NCBI GenBank assembly: GCA_013265495.1
Contig: MU058531.1
Coordinates: forward strand, 1,300,911-1,364,910
DNA: 64,000 bases
Direction of reading: 5' to 3'
Source of the DNA: Vicugna vicugna
Taxonomy: Eukaryota
Shown: positions 38,141 to 50,800 of the stretch, piece by piece
Numbering within the stretch: position 1 is the stretch's first letter
How the letters are laid out: every line of letters begins with the position of its first letter
Position numbers and translations under genes: made by a program
The notes under the pieces: model-generated
Told to the model about the DNA's origin: nothing
The model's database searches: none
What the model saw: only the letters and a program-made list of their open reading frames with translations

Positions 38141-39976
38141 TAATCACTTTATAGTAAACCTTTGATAATTTCTTAATGAATTTTTCTAATGTTTCAGAAT
38201 GTTTGCTTTCAAAGTTTTTATTAACATAAACAAAGAGATTGTCATTCTCGGGCAGTCTCTTACCTGCAGATGGCCGGGTAGTTGCTCACTTCAGGCTCCT
38301 GATTTCCAACCCTCACAACTGAACTGTCCTGGGTCAATGCCACCACCTAGTGGCCAATGTGGAGAATCATGGCTGTGTTTCTCTTTCTGCCTCCTTTTAT
38401 ACCTTTGTTGGGAGTTCATATACAATGTTTTTCCTTTTTTAAGTGTGGTCACCAGCTCAGACTCAATCATTTCATGTTGGTCAGTGTCATCAACTCTTTT
38501 ATTCATCCTCTTCTCATTTTATCTTTTGTTTCTCTGTTTTTATTTGCAACTCAAAAAGCTATCCGTGTCATGGCCAATGCATTTTATGAATAATATAATT
38601 AATTGGTTTTTAAGTAAAACTGGATGTCATAAAGTACCTGGGAACTTTTAGAGTCCTTGTAGGCTCCCAGATGTTTCCTGCTGTGTCTGTCTCTAATCCT
38701 GGTTTCCAGTCCTGTTTCCCTCTACCTGCTAATTGAACCTTTTTGTAAAGGAGCTCTATACTCACTTCTGTTGATTTTCTTTGGTCTTTAAATGGTGTTT
38801 TGTTTTCATTATAAATGTTTACTACTTTAGCTTCTAAATTGGTAAATAGGTTTTTGTCATTTTATCCTAGCAAATATCAGCCATGGAGAATGTTGTTTCT
38901 CTTTGTATTACATGTTTGTTTTCAAATACCTATATTCAGTGTCTCTTATTTTCCTCTCCTTCCTGTGTGTGATCTGTAGGCCAGTGGGTTGAATTTTTCA
39001 CTAATACATTTAATGTCATCTTCCTATTAGAGTTAAAAACAAATAAATTTTCTACTCTGATTAGGTTGTCCCAGCATCTTGCAAAAAGGAATGTATATGA
39101 GCATAGTGATTCAATGAATATTTATTCACTGTGTAGATATTAGTCAGTAAAGATGTTCGTAAGTTTTTTCACTCAAGGAACTTTGGTTAGGTCTCATGCA
39201 TACAGAGTTATAATACAATAAGATTTTTTAGTTAAGAGAGGTTGGTTGGGCAGGACTTGTGATAGAGTGCAGCAATCTTTAGAGAAGCAGCCACTGTCCC
39301 TGTTTTATCCTCCAGGCATCTCTATTGTTTTTTTATGCCCTGGTGCAGCAGCCTTTCCTTTTTGTAAGCTTTTTTCCCCTAGAGTTCTTAAATAACTTTA
39401 CATCTCTCTATTCCCAATCATTTCTGTAATCCCCTTTTGGGGAGGTTCTTCTCAATAGAGATTACGATTATCCTTTAGCTCTCTAATACGGGAGTTATTA
39501 TCTTGTAGTGAAAATTAAGCCAATAGGAGGGTGGAATATCTTTTCATAAGTAAATGTGAAGTCTACTTCTCTGCAGGATTTCTAGTATGAAAGTTGTAAA
39601 GCATAGACTTTTAGAAATCCATCTTAAAAATTAACTGCCCTCTGCCTTGATACTCTGTTTGGCATCTTTGACACCTTCATCCCAGTTGACCTTTTATTCA
39701 TTCACTGTTTGCTTTATAGACTTTTTTTTCATCCTTGTGCCTTCATTCTTAGAACAGCTTTTATTGCTTACATGACTCATATTCTGCTACCCTAATTCCC
39801 AGCTTTCCTCTCTGGCCATTCCTATACTGTCTCCACTGGCTCCACTTCTTCCTGTCTTCTTCTTGATACATGTGAGTATGGCCTACATACCTTGTCCTCC
39901 ATCCAGTTGTTTCTCTGTATTTATACTAGGAAGGCACCTCCATTTTTTGTGGCTTCAACTATGCAGAGAACTTTTA

Positions 39977-40139
39977 TTTACTTACTTATTTTTACATTTT
40001 TTTTTACCAATTTTTTTCTAGTTTTTTTTTTTGAGGGGTAATTTTATTTATTTATTTTCATGGAGGTACTGGGGCTTGAACCCAGGACCTTGTGCATGCT
40101 AAGCATGTGCTCTACCACTGAGCTATACCCTCTTCCCTT
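39977..40139 (-). mobile_element. Camelid tRNA-derived SINE (vic-1-like) with TSD
   Basis: ggaggtactggggcttgaacccaggaccttgtgcatgctaagcatgtgctctaccactgagctataccc. TSD tgcagagaactttta (39962-39976) / tgcaaagaactttta (40140-40154). Confidence 0.9.
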
Positions 40140-40554
40140 TGCAAAGAACTTTTAAATCCCCCTTTCTAACCCTGCCATCTCTCCCAGGTTGAGGTATTTT
40201 ATCTCTAAATACTTATAGAACCCCAGTTGGGGATTTCACTAATAGCTGAAACTTAAGATGTTTAGAGACAAATTCATTGTACTGTACTTTAACCTAACTT
40301 TACTCCAGACATGCAGTTTCAGTTATCACTACCGTCTTTCAACCAGTCATACAAGTTCAGAATCATAGAGTCATTTTTGACCTTTTATCCTTTCCCTTCA
40401 ACCAGTCATAAGTCCTGCAAAATTTCTCTCAGTCTAGTGTTGCTCATATACATCTAGAGTTTTTAAAGTAGCCTCTAGTGTTTCCTGTATCCTTAATTTC
40501 TTTTATTTTCCATGGCTGAGGCTGCAGCCTAAGTGTGTGCAAGGCAGAGCATGA

Positions 40555-40778
40555 AGCCCAGAGTCATGGCCAGTATCAGGGTCAAATAGGAAATATTTTA
40601 GGCTCTGTGGGCCATACAGGCTTTCTTGCAACTGCTCAGCTTGTTGTCACACTGCAGCAGCCAGAGATGGTCGTGAATAAACTGGTGCGCTTGCATTCCA
40701 GTAAAACTTTACTTAAGAAAATAGATAGCCAGGCAGATGTGGCTTGAGGGCCATGGTCATAGTTTGCCACTTGCTGGC
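40555..40778. mobile_element. MER58-like DNA transposon relic
   Basis: ggtcaaataggaaatattttaggctctgtgggccatac...caactgctcagct...ttccagtaaaactttactta...gccatggtcatagtttgcca. Confidence 0.7.
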
Positions 40779-43700
40779 CTGTGGAATCAAGTCTTAACTC
40801 CTTGTGTTAACATTCAAGGCCTTTGAAGATAACCAACCCCTATTTTGATAAGTTTATGTCCCATTATTTCTGTCAGTGAACCCTCCTCTCTCCTCTCAAG
40901 ACAAATGATAATTGCTTTAAATGTGAATACCAACATATATGTTGGCACCTACATCTGACAAAGGATTTCATCCAGAATAAAGGCTTGTATTGAGAATATT
41001 TAAAACCCTTTAAAACTTTGAACAGTCCTTCCCTTTTGTCAAGCCCTCCCTCTTCTCATCACTCCTAGACTTCTGTCAAGACCCAAGAGACCTCTGCTCT
41101 TTGTGATGTTTTTTCCACCCTAGTTAATCCCTTCTCTGAAATTCTGTCAAACTTGGCATTTACCACTCAATGAGGGTTGTCTGCTGTTAATTATATCAGC
41201 ACTTACTGTGTTCCTAAAGGTACCAGGCACTGATACTATCTTGTTGTTGTTGTTGTGTGTCTTGTCCTTTAAACTGGATTATACAGCACCTAAAGAGAAA
41301 GAAATTATGTCTGTGTTCCTTTGTAACTTCAGCCATCTCATTCCTCTGTAGTAGGATGAGAGTCTCAAATGTGGTGGTAGACCAGTTGCATGTATAGTTT
41401 ATACAGTATACCTACTGCAATTCAAAAGTCAAAGTCAAGAGCAAGAAGGCAATGAAAATAGAGTAACGACCTCCAAAAATTTGCTCCTTCATAAAAGCAA
41501 TGAAAAAACTGGCAAAAACTCAGAATCAGCTTTGTCAGAAATCTGATAATTAACCAAAGGCTAAAATCCTTTGCAGAAGCCCATGGAGCATTAAGAGAAA
41601 AATGGCTGATTCTTGGGGAGAATAGTGAGCTTTGTGGCATTTTAACTTGCCTTAGTCCCACCCCCTATTCTTAGCTCTGGAATAGCCTTGAAAAAATTAC
41701 ATCCTACTTTTCCACCTTTCAGGCACCAAAGGGACAGAACAAAAATGGATCTTTCTCAAAGCTTAATTGCCAAATAATCATAATTTGGTGGTTCCTGGAA
41801 TATCCCACTTACAAGGCTGTTTCTGTTAGACCTGACTTAGAGCCTGCCCAGTGGATAAAAGCTTCTCTGTGGGCTAGGGAGAAGAAGGGGGAGGAACACT
41901 CATCAAAACTAATTACAGACAAATGTTTTAACTTCATGGCTATAAATAACATTAGGGGCAAACAACAGACTTAACCAAAAACCTTAAAAGGAAAAGCTGA
42001 AGAATGAGATGTCTATAGATATCAAAGTCTATAGGGGCTTTGGAAAACTCAAAAATATTCCTGGGAATTTAGAAGGCCAGGCACATGCATAGGACTTTGT
42101 ATATGCTCAGGAAAGACACTAGTGGGCTGTAAACACTCACCTTTGGCCGAATTTGAGGCTCTGCACAAGTGGGAAGTGAAGACTAAGGCTGAGTTGTCAA
42201 CAGTCTGGGTAAATGATGGACTCATGCCCCAAAACTCATACAGGTCCCTCAGCAAAGACTGGGAGACTTACTGGTTCCAAGTGTATAAGGAAATTGCTGT
42301 TCAGTTGTTAGCTGACCACTAGGTAGAAACTTCAGTGGCCACATACCATAAGGAATACAGACTTTACAGAATTAATTTAGGAAAGTCATTAAACAATGAG
42401 AAATTAGAAAAAGCCACAGCAACAAACCCTGAAGAGCAGGCAGAAATTTGATTTCCACTGTTGCCACATTATTTAAAATGTCCAGTTTTCAACAAAATTG
42501 TGAGACAAATAGAAACAAGAAAGTATAGCCCATATACAGGAAGAGAAGCAGACAATAGAAGATGTCCCTGAAGACTCCAAGACATTGGACTTGACTAAAT
42601 AAAGATTTTTAAATCATCCATTTTTGATATATGCAAAGAACTAAAATCATGGTTAAATATCTAAGTGAAAGTACAAGAACAATCTCACCAAATAGAAAAT
42701 ACTAATAAAAAGAAATAATTTTTTAAAATATCCTGGAGTTAAAAAATATAACTGAAATGAAAAATGAACTGGAGAGGGTCAACAGCAGATTTGAGTCACA
42801 GAAGAACTTAAAAACTTGAAGGTAGATTGAGATTACTCAGTTCGAGGAACAGGAAGAAAAGAAATGAAGATAAATGAGCAGATTCTCAGAGATCTGTAGG
42901 ACAGCATCCAGCTTACCAACATACACATAATCAAAGTCCCCAAAGGTGAAGACGAGAGAAAGGGGCAGAAGGTATATTTGAAGAAATAATGGCCAAAAAC
43001 TTACCAAATTTGATGAAAAACATTAAACATCCCAGATGCTCAACAAACTCCAGATGTGATAAACTTATTAAAGAAATTCATAGCTAGACTCATCATGATC
43101 AAACTATCGAAAGACAGAGAATCTTGAAAGCAACAATAAAGAAGTGACTTATCACTTACAAGTGATGTTCAGTGGATGTTCAATAAGATTAGCAGCTGAC
43201 TTCTCATCAGAAGTTATGGATGCCAGGCGGTAGGATGACATATGCAAAGTGATGAAAGAAAAAAACTGTCAACCAAGAATTCTGTGTGCATCAAAAATCT
43301 ATATCCTTCAAAAAAGGAAGAAGAGATTAAGGAACTCCCAAATAAACATAAACCAAGAGACTGTGTCACTACCAGACCTTCTCTGCAAATAATGAAGGTC
43401 ATCCTTCAGGCTTCAATGAAAGGACACTAGAGAATAACTCAAATGCACGTTAATAAAGAGCTCTGGTAAAGGTAACGATACAGGTAAATATAAAAGGCAA
43501 AATGAAGGTATATTTTATTTGTAAACTTTTTTGTCTCCTATCTGATTTGAAAGATGACTGCAAAGCAGTAACTCTAAATTTGTGTTAATGGGCACATAAG
43601 TATAAAGATGGAATTTGTGACAAAAATAGCATGAAGGGGATGAGAGGGATAAACAGCTACACAGAAGAAAATTTTTATATGCTACTGAAAGTAAGATAGT

Positions 43701-44327
43701 ATTCTTCCAAGTAGACTATTATAAATTTAGATGTTAATTATAATCCTCAGGGAAATCACAAAAAAAGTAACTTGAAAATATATAGTAAAAAAAATTAAAG
43801 AGCTATTTTCTAGTATATTATTTTAACACAAAATAAAATGATACTTGAGAAATAGAGGAACAAAAGGCCTAAGACATAATAGAAAAAAATTTTAAATAGA
43901 AAATATAAATCCTACCCTATCAGTAATTACCTTAAATGGAAATGGATTAAATTCTCCAGTTAAAGGCAAAAATTGGCAGACTGGATAAAAATACATGATA
44001 CAACTTGTCTTGTCTACAAGAGACGTGCCTTAGATTCAAAGACACAAATAGGTTAAAAGTAGGACACTGGGAAAAGAAATACCATGCAAACATTAACCAA
44101 AAGAGCAGAAGTGGCTATAGGAAAGTCAGGCAATGGACTTTCAGACAGAAATTATTATCAGAGACAAAGAAGGATGTTTCTATAATGATAAAAATGTTAA
44201 TCATCAGAGCAATATAGCAGTTATTAATATAAATGCACCTAACAGCAAAATATATGAATCCATAACATATATAAAGCAAAAACTGACAGAATTGAAGGGA
44301 GAGACAATACCACTTTCAATAATGGAT

Positions 44328-44485
44328 TTCAATATGACAGTTTTGAAAGATTTTGGGGGGGGGTGACAAGAAATAATTAGGTTATTTAGTTATTTATTTA
44401 ATGGAGGTACTGGGGGATTGAACCCTGTACCTTATGCATGCTAAGCATGCACTCTACCACTGAGCTGTACCTCTCTACATACACA
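44328..44485 (-). mobile_element. Camelid tRNA-derived SINE (vic-1-like) inserted in L1 ORF2
   Basis: ggaggtactgggggattgaaccctgtaccttatgcatgctaagcatgcactctaccactgagctgtacc. Perfect 17-bp TSD cactttcaataatggat (44311-44327 / 44486-44502). Confidence 0.9.
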
Positions 44486-45554
44486 CACTTTCAATAATGG
44501 ATAGAACAAATAGGAAAAAAAGGTCAATAAGGCAATAGACAATAGGAACAGCACCAAAACAAACTGTACCTAACAGACCAACAGCAGTGTACAGATTCTT
44601 CTCAAATACATATGAAACATTTGTCAGGGTAAATCTTATGTTAGGCTACAAAAGAAATTTCTGTAAATTTAAAAGGATTGAAATCATACAAGCTATATCC
44701 TTCAACCTCAATGGAATTAGAAATCAGTAACAAGATGAAACTTGCCAAAATTCCCAAATGTGTGGATATTAAGCAACATACTCTTAAATAAGCAGTGTGT
44801 CAAAGAAGAAATCACAAGGAAAATTAGAAAATACTGTAAGATGAATGAAGATGAAAGCACAACACACCAAAACTTACAGGATGTGGTAAAAGCAGTGTTT
44901 AGAGGGAGATTTATACCAATGAACTCCTACATTAAAACAGAAGAGAGATCTCAAATTAATAACCTAGTCTTATACCTTAAGACACTAGAAAAAAGAACAA
45001 ACTATAAGGAAGCAGAAGAAAGCAATTAATAAAGATTTGATTAGGAAAAAAAATGAAATAGAGAATAGAAAAGCAATAAAGTTAACAAAACCAAAAGGTT
45101 GTTCTTTGAGAAGATAAAGAAAATTGGCAAATATTTTGCTGGACAAATTAAGAAGAAAAGAGGACTCAACTTACTAAAATCAGGAATGAAAGAACAAATA
45201 TTACTAGCAACCTTACAGAAATAAGATAGGATTATAAGAGAATGCTATGAACAATAGAATGCCAACAAATTAGATAACCTAGATGAAATGGAAAATTCCT
45301 AGAAAGACACAAACTACCAAAACTGACTCAAGAAATACAGAAATCTGAAGACCTATTATAACAGGCAAAGAGACGAAATTAGTAATTTAAAAAGAAAAAA
45401 AAGTTTCCCAGAAAGAAAAGCCCAAATGTTTTAATTTGAATTGACATCTGTTTTTCATGAACTCTTTTAAAGATAGAAGAGGAAGGAATAGTTCCCAGCT
45501 CATTCTATGAGGTCAGTATTAATCTGATACCAAAACCAAAGACATCGCACTAAA

Positions 45555-47811
45555 AGAACTTCTGTGCATCAAAAGGCACAATCAACAGAGTAAAAAGCCA
45601 GCCTATGAAATGGGAGAAAATACTTACAAGTCATAATTTTAGGGGCTAATATCCAGAATGTCTAAAGAACTCTAAAACTCAACCACAAAAATAATCCAAT
45701 TAAGAATTGGGTAAAGGGGTTAAATAGACATTTCTCTGCAGATGATATACATCTGGCCAACAGGCATATGAAAGGATACTTAGCACCACTAATCATCAGA
45801 AACGCAAAATGGTTTAAAGGCTTAAACATAAGACAAGGCACAATAAACCTCCTAGAAGAAAACACAGGCAAAACATTCTCTGACATAAATCTTGGCAGTG
45901 TTGTCTTAGGGCAGTCTAGCCAGGCAATGGAAATAAAAGCAAAAATTAACAAATGGGACCTAAGTAAGCTTATAAGCTTTTGCACAGCAAAGGAAACCAT
46001 AAGCAAAATGAAATGACAACCTACAGAATGGGAGAAAGCATTTGCAAATGATATGACTGACCAAGGTTTAATTTCCAGAATATATAAACAGCTCATGCAA
46101 CCTAATAACAAAAAACCAAACAACCCAATTCAAAAATGAGCAGAAGACCTAAACAAGCAATTCTCCAATGAAGATATACAAATGGCCAATAGGCACATGA
46201 AAAAATGCTCAATATTGCTAGTTATCAGAGAAATGCAAATCAAAACTACAATGAGATATCACACCAGTCAAAATTACCATCATTCAAAAGTCCACAAACG
46301 ATAAATGCTGGAGAGGGTGTGGAGAAAAGGGAACCCTCCTACACTGTTGATGGGAATGTAGTTTGGTGCAGCCATTATGGAAAACAGATTTCTCAAGAAA
46401 CCAGAAGTAGACTTACTATATAATCGAGCAATCCCACTCCTGGGCATATATCCAGAGGGAACTCTAATTTGAAAAGACACATGTACCCCAGTGTTCATAA
46501 CAGTGCTTATATGCAATAGCCAAGACATGGAAACAACCTAAATGTCTATCAACAGATGACTGGATAAAGAAGTTGTGGTATAGTTATATAATAGAATACT
46601 ACTCAGCCATAAAAAAGAATAAAATAATGCCATTTGCAGCAACATGGATGGACCTAGAGACCATCATTCTAAGTGAAGTAAGCCAGAAAGAGAAAGAAAA
46701 ATACCATGTGAGATCGCTCATATGTGGAATCTAAAAATATATATATAAGTAAATAAATACACACACACAAAACAAACAGACTCATAGACATAGAATACAA
46801 ACTTATGGTTGCCAGTGGGGAGGAGGGTGGGAAGGGACAGACTGGGAGTTCGAAATTTGTAGATACTGACAAGCATATGTAGAATAGATAAACAAGACTA
46901 TACTGTATGGCACAGGGAAATATATACAGTATATACAAGATCTGGTGGTAGCTCACAGTGAAAAAGAATGTGACAATGAATATATGTATGTTCATGTATA
47001 ACTGAAAAATTGTGCTGTACACTGTAAACTGACTATAACTCAATTAAAAGAAAAAGGAAAAAAAACCGCCACTAATCAGAGAAATGAAAAGGAAAACCAC
47101 AATAATGTATCACCTCGCATCCTTTAGGATGGCTACTATCAAAAACAAAACAAAACATAAAAACAGGTTTTAGTGAGGACAGACATGGGAATCTTTGTGC
47201 ACTACTGGTGAAATTGTAAAATGGTGCACTGTCTATGGGAAACAATGTGGGGTTCCTTCAAAAATTAAAAACAGAATTGCCTTATGATCCAGCAGCCTCA
47301 TTTCTGGGTATATATCCAAAAGAATTGAAAGCAGAATCTGGACATCCACGTTCATAGCCGCATTATTCACAATAGCCAGGAGGTGGAAGCATTCCAGATG
47401 TCCATCAGCAGATAAATGGATAAACAAAATGTGGTGTATACAATGGAATATTATTCAGCCTTTAAAAGGAAGGAAATCCTATCATATCCTGCAACATGGA
47501 TGAACATGAGGATGTTATGCTAAGTGAGATAAGCCAGTCACAAAAAGACAGATACTGTGTGATTCCGCTTGAGGTATCTAGTAAAATACATAGAAACAGA
47601 ACGTAGGATGGTGAGTACCAGGGCTGGGAGGAGAGGGTAAAAAGGAGTTGTTACTGTAGTTTGTCACAGTGAAAAAGTGCTGACGATCTATTTCACAACA
47701 GTGTCAGTATACGTAACACTGCTGAACTATACACTTAAAAACGGTTAAGATGGTGAGTTTTGTGTTACATATTTTTTAACACAATAAAAATTGCAAAAAA
47801 GTTTAGAAAAA
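45555..47811 (+). mobile_element. Second (L1MA/MB-like) 5'-truncated L1 nested in the large L1, itself interrupted
   Basis: Sequence jumps from mid-ORF2 to ORF2-end sequence at ~45555. Its 3'UTR and A tail end at ~47811, where the host ORF2 continues (…gaccagtttgtgaacacagatgcaaaaatcctcaacaaaatac). Confidence 0.75.
45800..47065 (+). mobile_element. Young lineage-type 5'-truncated L1, innermost nested copy
   Basis: Better-preserved ORF2 C-terminus (…NLLEENTGKTFSDINLG…KINKWDL…FCTAKETI), lineage-type 3'UTR and A tail. Flanked by CCACTAATCA at 45786-45795 and 47069-47078. Confidence 0.8.
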
Positions 47812-50800
47812 AAGGAAAATTATGACCAGTTTGTGAACACAGATGCAAAAATCCTCAACAAAATACTAACAAACTGAATCCAACACTATATGAAAAGGAC
47901 TGTACACCATGACCAAGTTGGTTGGTCCAGTGGTAATACGCCAGATTAATAGGGTAAAGGGGTAAAAACTACATACTCATCTCAGTAGATGAAGGGAAAG
48001 CATTTGACAAAATCCATTACTCTTTCTTGGTAAAAACACTTAAATTAGGATTAGATGGGAACTACCTTGCCCTGAAAAACGGCATCTACAAAAAAATCCA
48101 CTGCTGTCATCATAGTTAATGTTAAAACCATGAAAGCTTTTCTCTTGCGATAAGGAATAAGACAAGGATACCTGCTCTCACCATTTCTGTTCAGCATTGT
48201 GCTGGAGGTTCTAGCTAGAGGAGTTAGACAAGAAAAAGATAAAATCATCCAGACTGGAAAAGAAGTAAAACTATCTCTGTTTGCAGATGGTATGGTCTTA
48301 TGTATAGAAAACCCTCAAGAATCCACAGAAAAACTACTTTAGCTAGTAAACAAGCTTAGCAAGTTTGCAGGATACAACAGTTAAAAATAAACATGGAATG
48401 TACAATCCAAAAATGAAATTAAGAAAGTATTTGCCTTACAGTAGCATCAAAAATATTGAAATGGGAATATACTTAACCAAAAAAGTGTAAGATTTGTGTA
48501 CTGAAAACTACAAAACATTGAAAGAAATTAAGAAGTCCTCAATAAACGCGAGGGTATTCTATGTTTATGGATTAGAAAACTTACTTAATGTTGTTAAGAT
48601 CACAGTCCTGCCCAGATTGCTCCTCAGATTCAGTGAAAATTCTACCTACCTTTTATGGCAGTCCTAAAAGTCTTACAGAAATTCAAGGAAGCTAGAATAG
48701 TCAAAACACTCCAAAGAACAAAAGAATTCGAGGACTTCAAAGCCCAAATTCCAAAGCCTGCTTCAAAGCTCTAGTAATCAAGACTGTGATACTGGCATAA
48801 GTATAGACATATAGATGAGTGAAATAGAATTCAGAGTCAGAAATAAATCTGTATATCTCCGATGAGTTTATTTTTGACACAAGGCCAAGTTAATTCAAGG
48901 AGATAGAACATCTTTTCAACAAATGATGCTGGAACAACTGAATATCCCACATGTAAGAAATGAAGTTGGGTTCATACCTCATGCTGTATACAAAAGTTAA
49001 TTCAAAAATGGATCAATACTTAAATATAACAGCTAAACTATAAAACTCTTAGATGGGAACATAGGGATAAATTTTCATGACCTTGGATTTGGCAGTGGAC
49101 TCTTAGAAATGACACCATCAGTACAAGCACCAAAAGAAAAAATTGATAAACTGGACTTCATCAAAATTAAAAACTTTTGTACATCAAAGAGCACTATCAG
49201 CAAAGTGAAAAGACAGCCTGCAGAATGGGAGAAGATATTTGCAAGCCACATATATGATATAAAGGAGTGTTAAAAGTTAACAAGATAATCCATTTCTTAA
49301 GTGGGTTTTGAATAGACATTTCTCCAAAGAAAGTATACAAATAGCCAGTAAGCACATTAAAAGATACTAAACGTTATTAGTCATTACAGCTGCGCAAATC
49401 AAAATCACCATGAGGTATCACTTCACATCCACTACGATGCTGTAATTTTTTAAAAAGGAAAACGATAAATACTGGGTAGAATGTGGAGAAGTGGAACCTC
49501 TATGCATCACTGGTGGGAAGGTAAAGTGATGCGGCTGCTGTGGAAAACAGTTTGGTTGTTCCTCAGAAAGTTAAAGAGTTACCATACGACCCAACAGTGC
49601 CACTCCTGAACGTATACCCAAGAGAATCGAAAACGTAGTCATATAAAATCTTATACATGAATGTTCATAACATTATTCATAATCGCAGAACAGTCAGAAC
49701 AGCCCAGATGTCCATCAGCTGATGAGTGGATAAACAAAATGTGGTAAATCTGCCCCATAGAATATTGTTCAGCTATAAACTAGAATCAAATACTAATACA
49801 TGCTACAGCACATACAGCATGAATGAAACACAAAAGGCCGTGTATTGCATGGTTCCATTTGTATGAGATGTCCAGAATTGGCAGTCCCACAGACACAGAA
49901 GGTTAGATTAGCAGTTGTCAGGGGCTGGGCAGAGGGAGGAATGAGTATGCTGCTGTTGGGTATGGAGCTTCTTTGGGTGTGATGAAAATGTCCTGGACTT
50001 AGATAGTGGTAATGGTTGCACAACCTCATGAATATACTGAAAACTACTGCACTGTATGCTTTAAAAGGGTGTCTTCTATGGCATTTGAATTATATTTCAG
50101 TTTTTTAAAAAGTCAGAGTCAAGTCTGACAATTGCTTTAGCTGGTAGAGATACTGACCTACCACTCTGAAGAAGGGGAAGGGAGGAAAGCAGGGTGTTTC
50201 TTTTCAATAACAAAATAAAAACAGTCAGTAGTCATTATAAGAATTAGAATTTATTTCATTGTACCCTAGGACCGGAAGCCCATCTAACTTGTGATATGGA
50301 CCACCATCTGATTTCGGATCTGGTCTTTAACTCTTCTAAAAACAAAGGGATACAGAGTGAAAAAGCCTCTAGGGTAGAAGCAGAAAGGAGCCTTTTTTGA
50401 ACTATTCCTCTTCTGGCCTGAGTTAGAAGGGACAGGTCAGAAGTCAAGGGGATTGGCCATGAAAGGGAAAGTTAACAATCTTGAAACACAAAACAAATCT
50501 TTGCCATATATTATTTCTTCAAATAGACAGGTGTGCTGAAATGTTAATCCCCTCAGGACAGCGGGGCAAGGCCTGGGCTGCACATCCACTGCCCCAGCAC
50601 CTCCCACCATGTGTAGTAGGGATGTTTCCATTTCCTGTGTGTGGTATGAAATGAAGTGGTTAGGGAAGGATCACTGCTCTAGGGTCATCTTTTTAAGATT
50701 GTCTCCACCAGCCTCATTATCATCTACTGAGCACTCTTAATTGTCATTACCCCTCTTAAAATATGTCAGCTGCCTTTCAGAGAGCTGTACAGCAATTCCC

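Larger units (their letters stand above)
41440..50107 (+). mobile_element. Near full-length ancient L1 (L1MB-like, degenerate ORF1/ORF2) carrying nested insertions
   Basis: A-rich sense L1 with a 5' region, ORF1-like sequence (~42500-43430) and ORF2 endonuclease-like sequence (~43910 onward; ...CLQET..., ...INAPN...). ORF2 resumes at ~47812 and the 3'UTR ends at ~50100. TSD aaaagtcaaagtcaag (41424-41439) / aaaagtcagagtcaag (50108-50123). Many stops and frameshifts. Confidence 0.88.

Noticed and set aside
38199..38651. 150-aa intronic ORF after exon 6 (and similar ORFs at 2584-2958, 25562-25900, 29350-29727)
   Set aside because: Low-complexity F/L/S-rich translations typical of T-rich or repeat-derived introns, with no domain or splice-consistent support.
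43214..48248. ORFs resembling endonuclease/reverse transcriptase as a novel retro-system
   Set aside because: These are fragmented L1 ORF1/ORF2 relics with many stops and frameshifts. The minus-strand ORFs are antisense L1.
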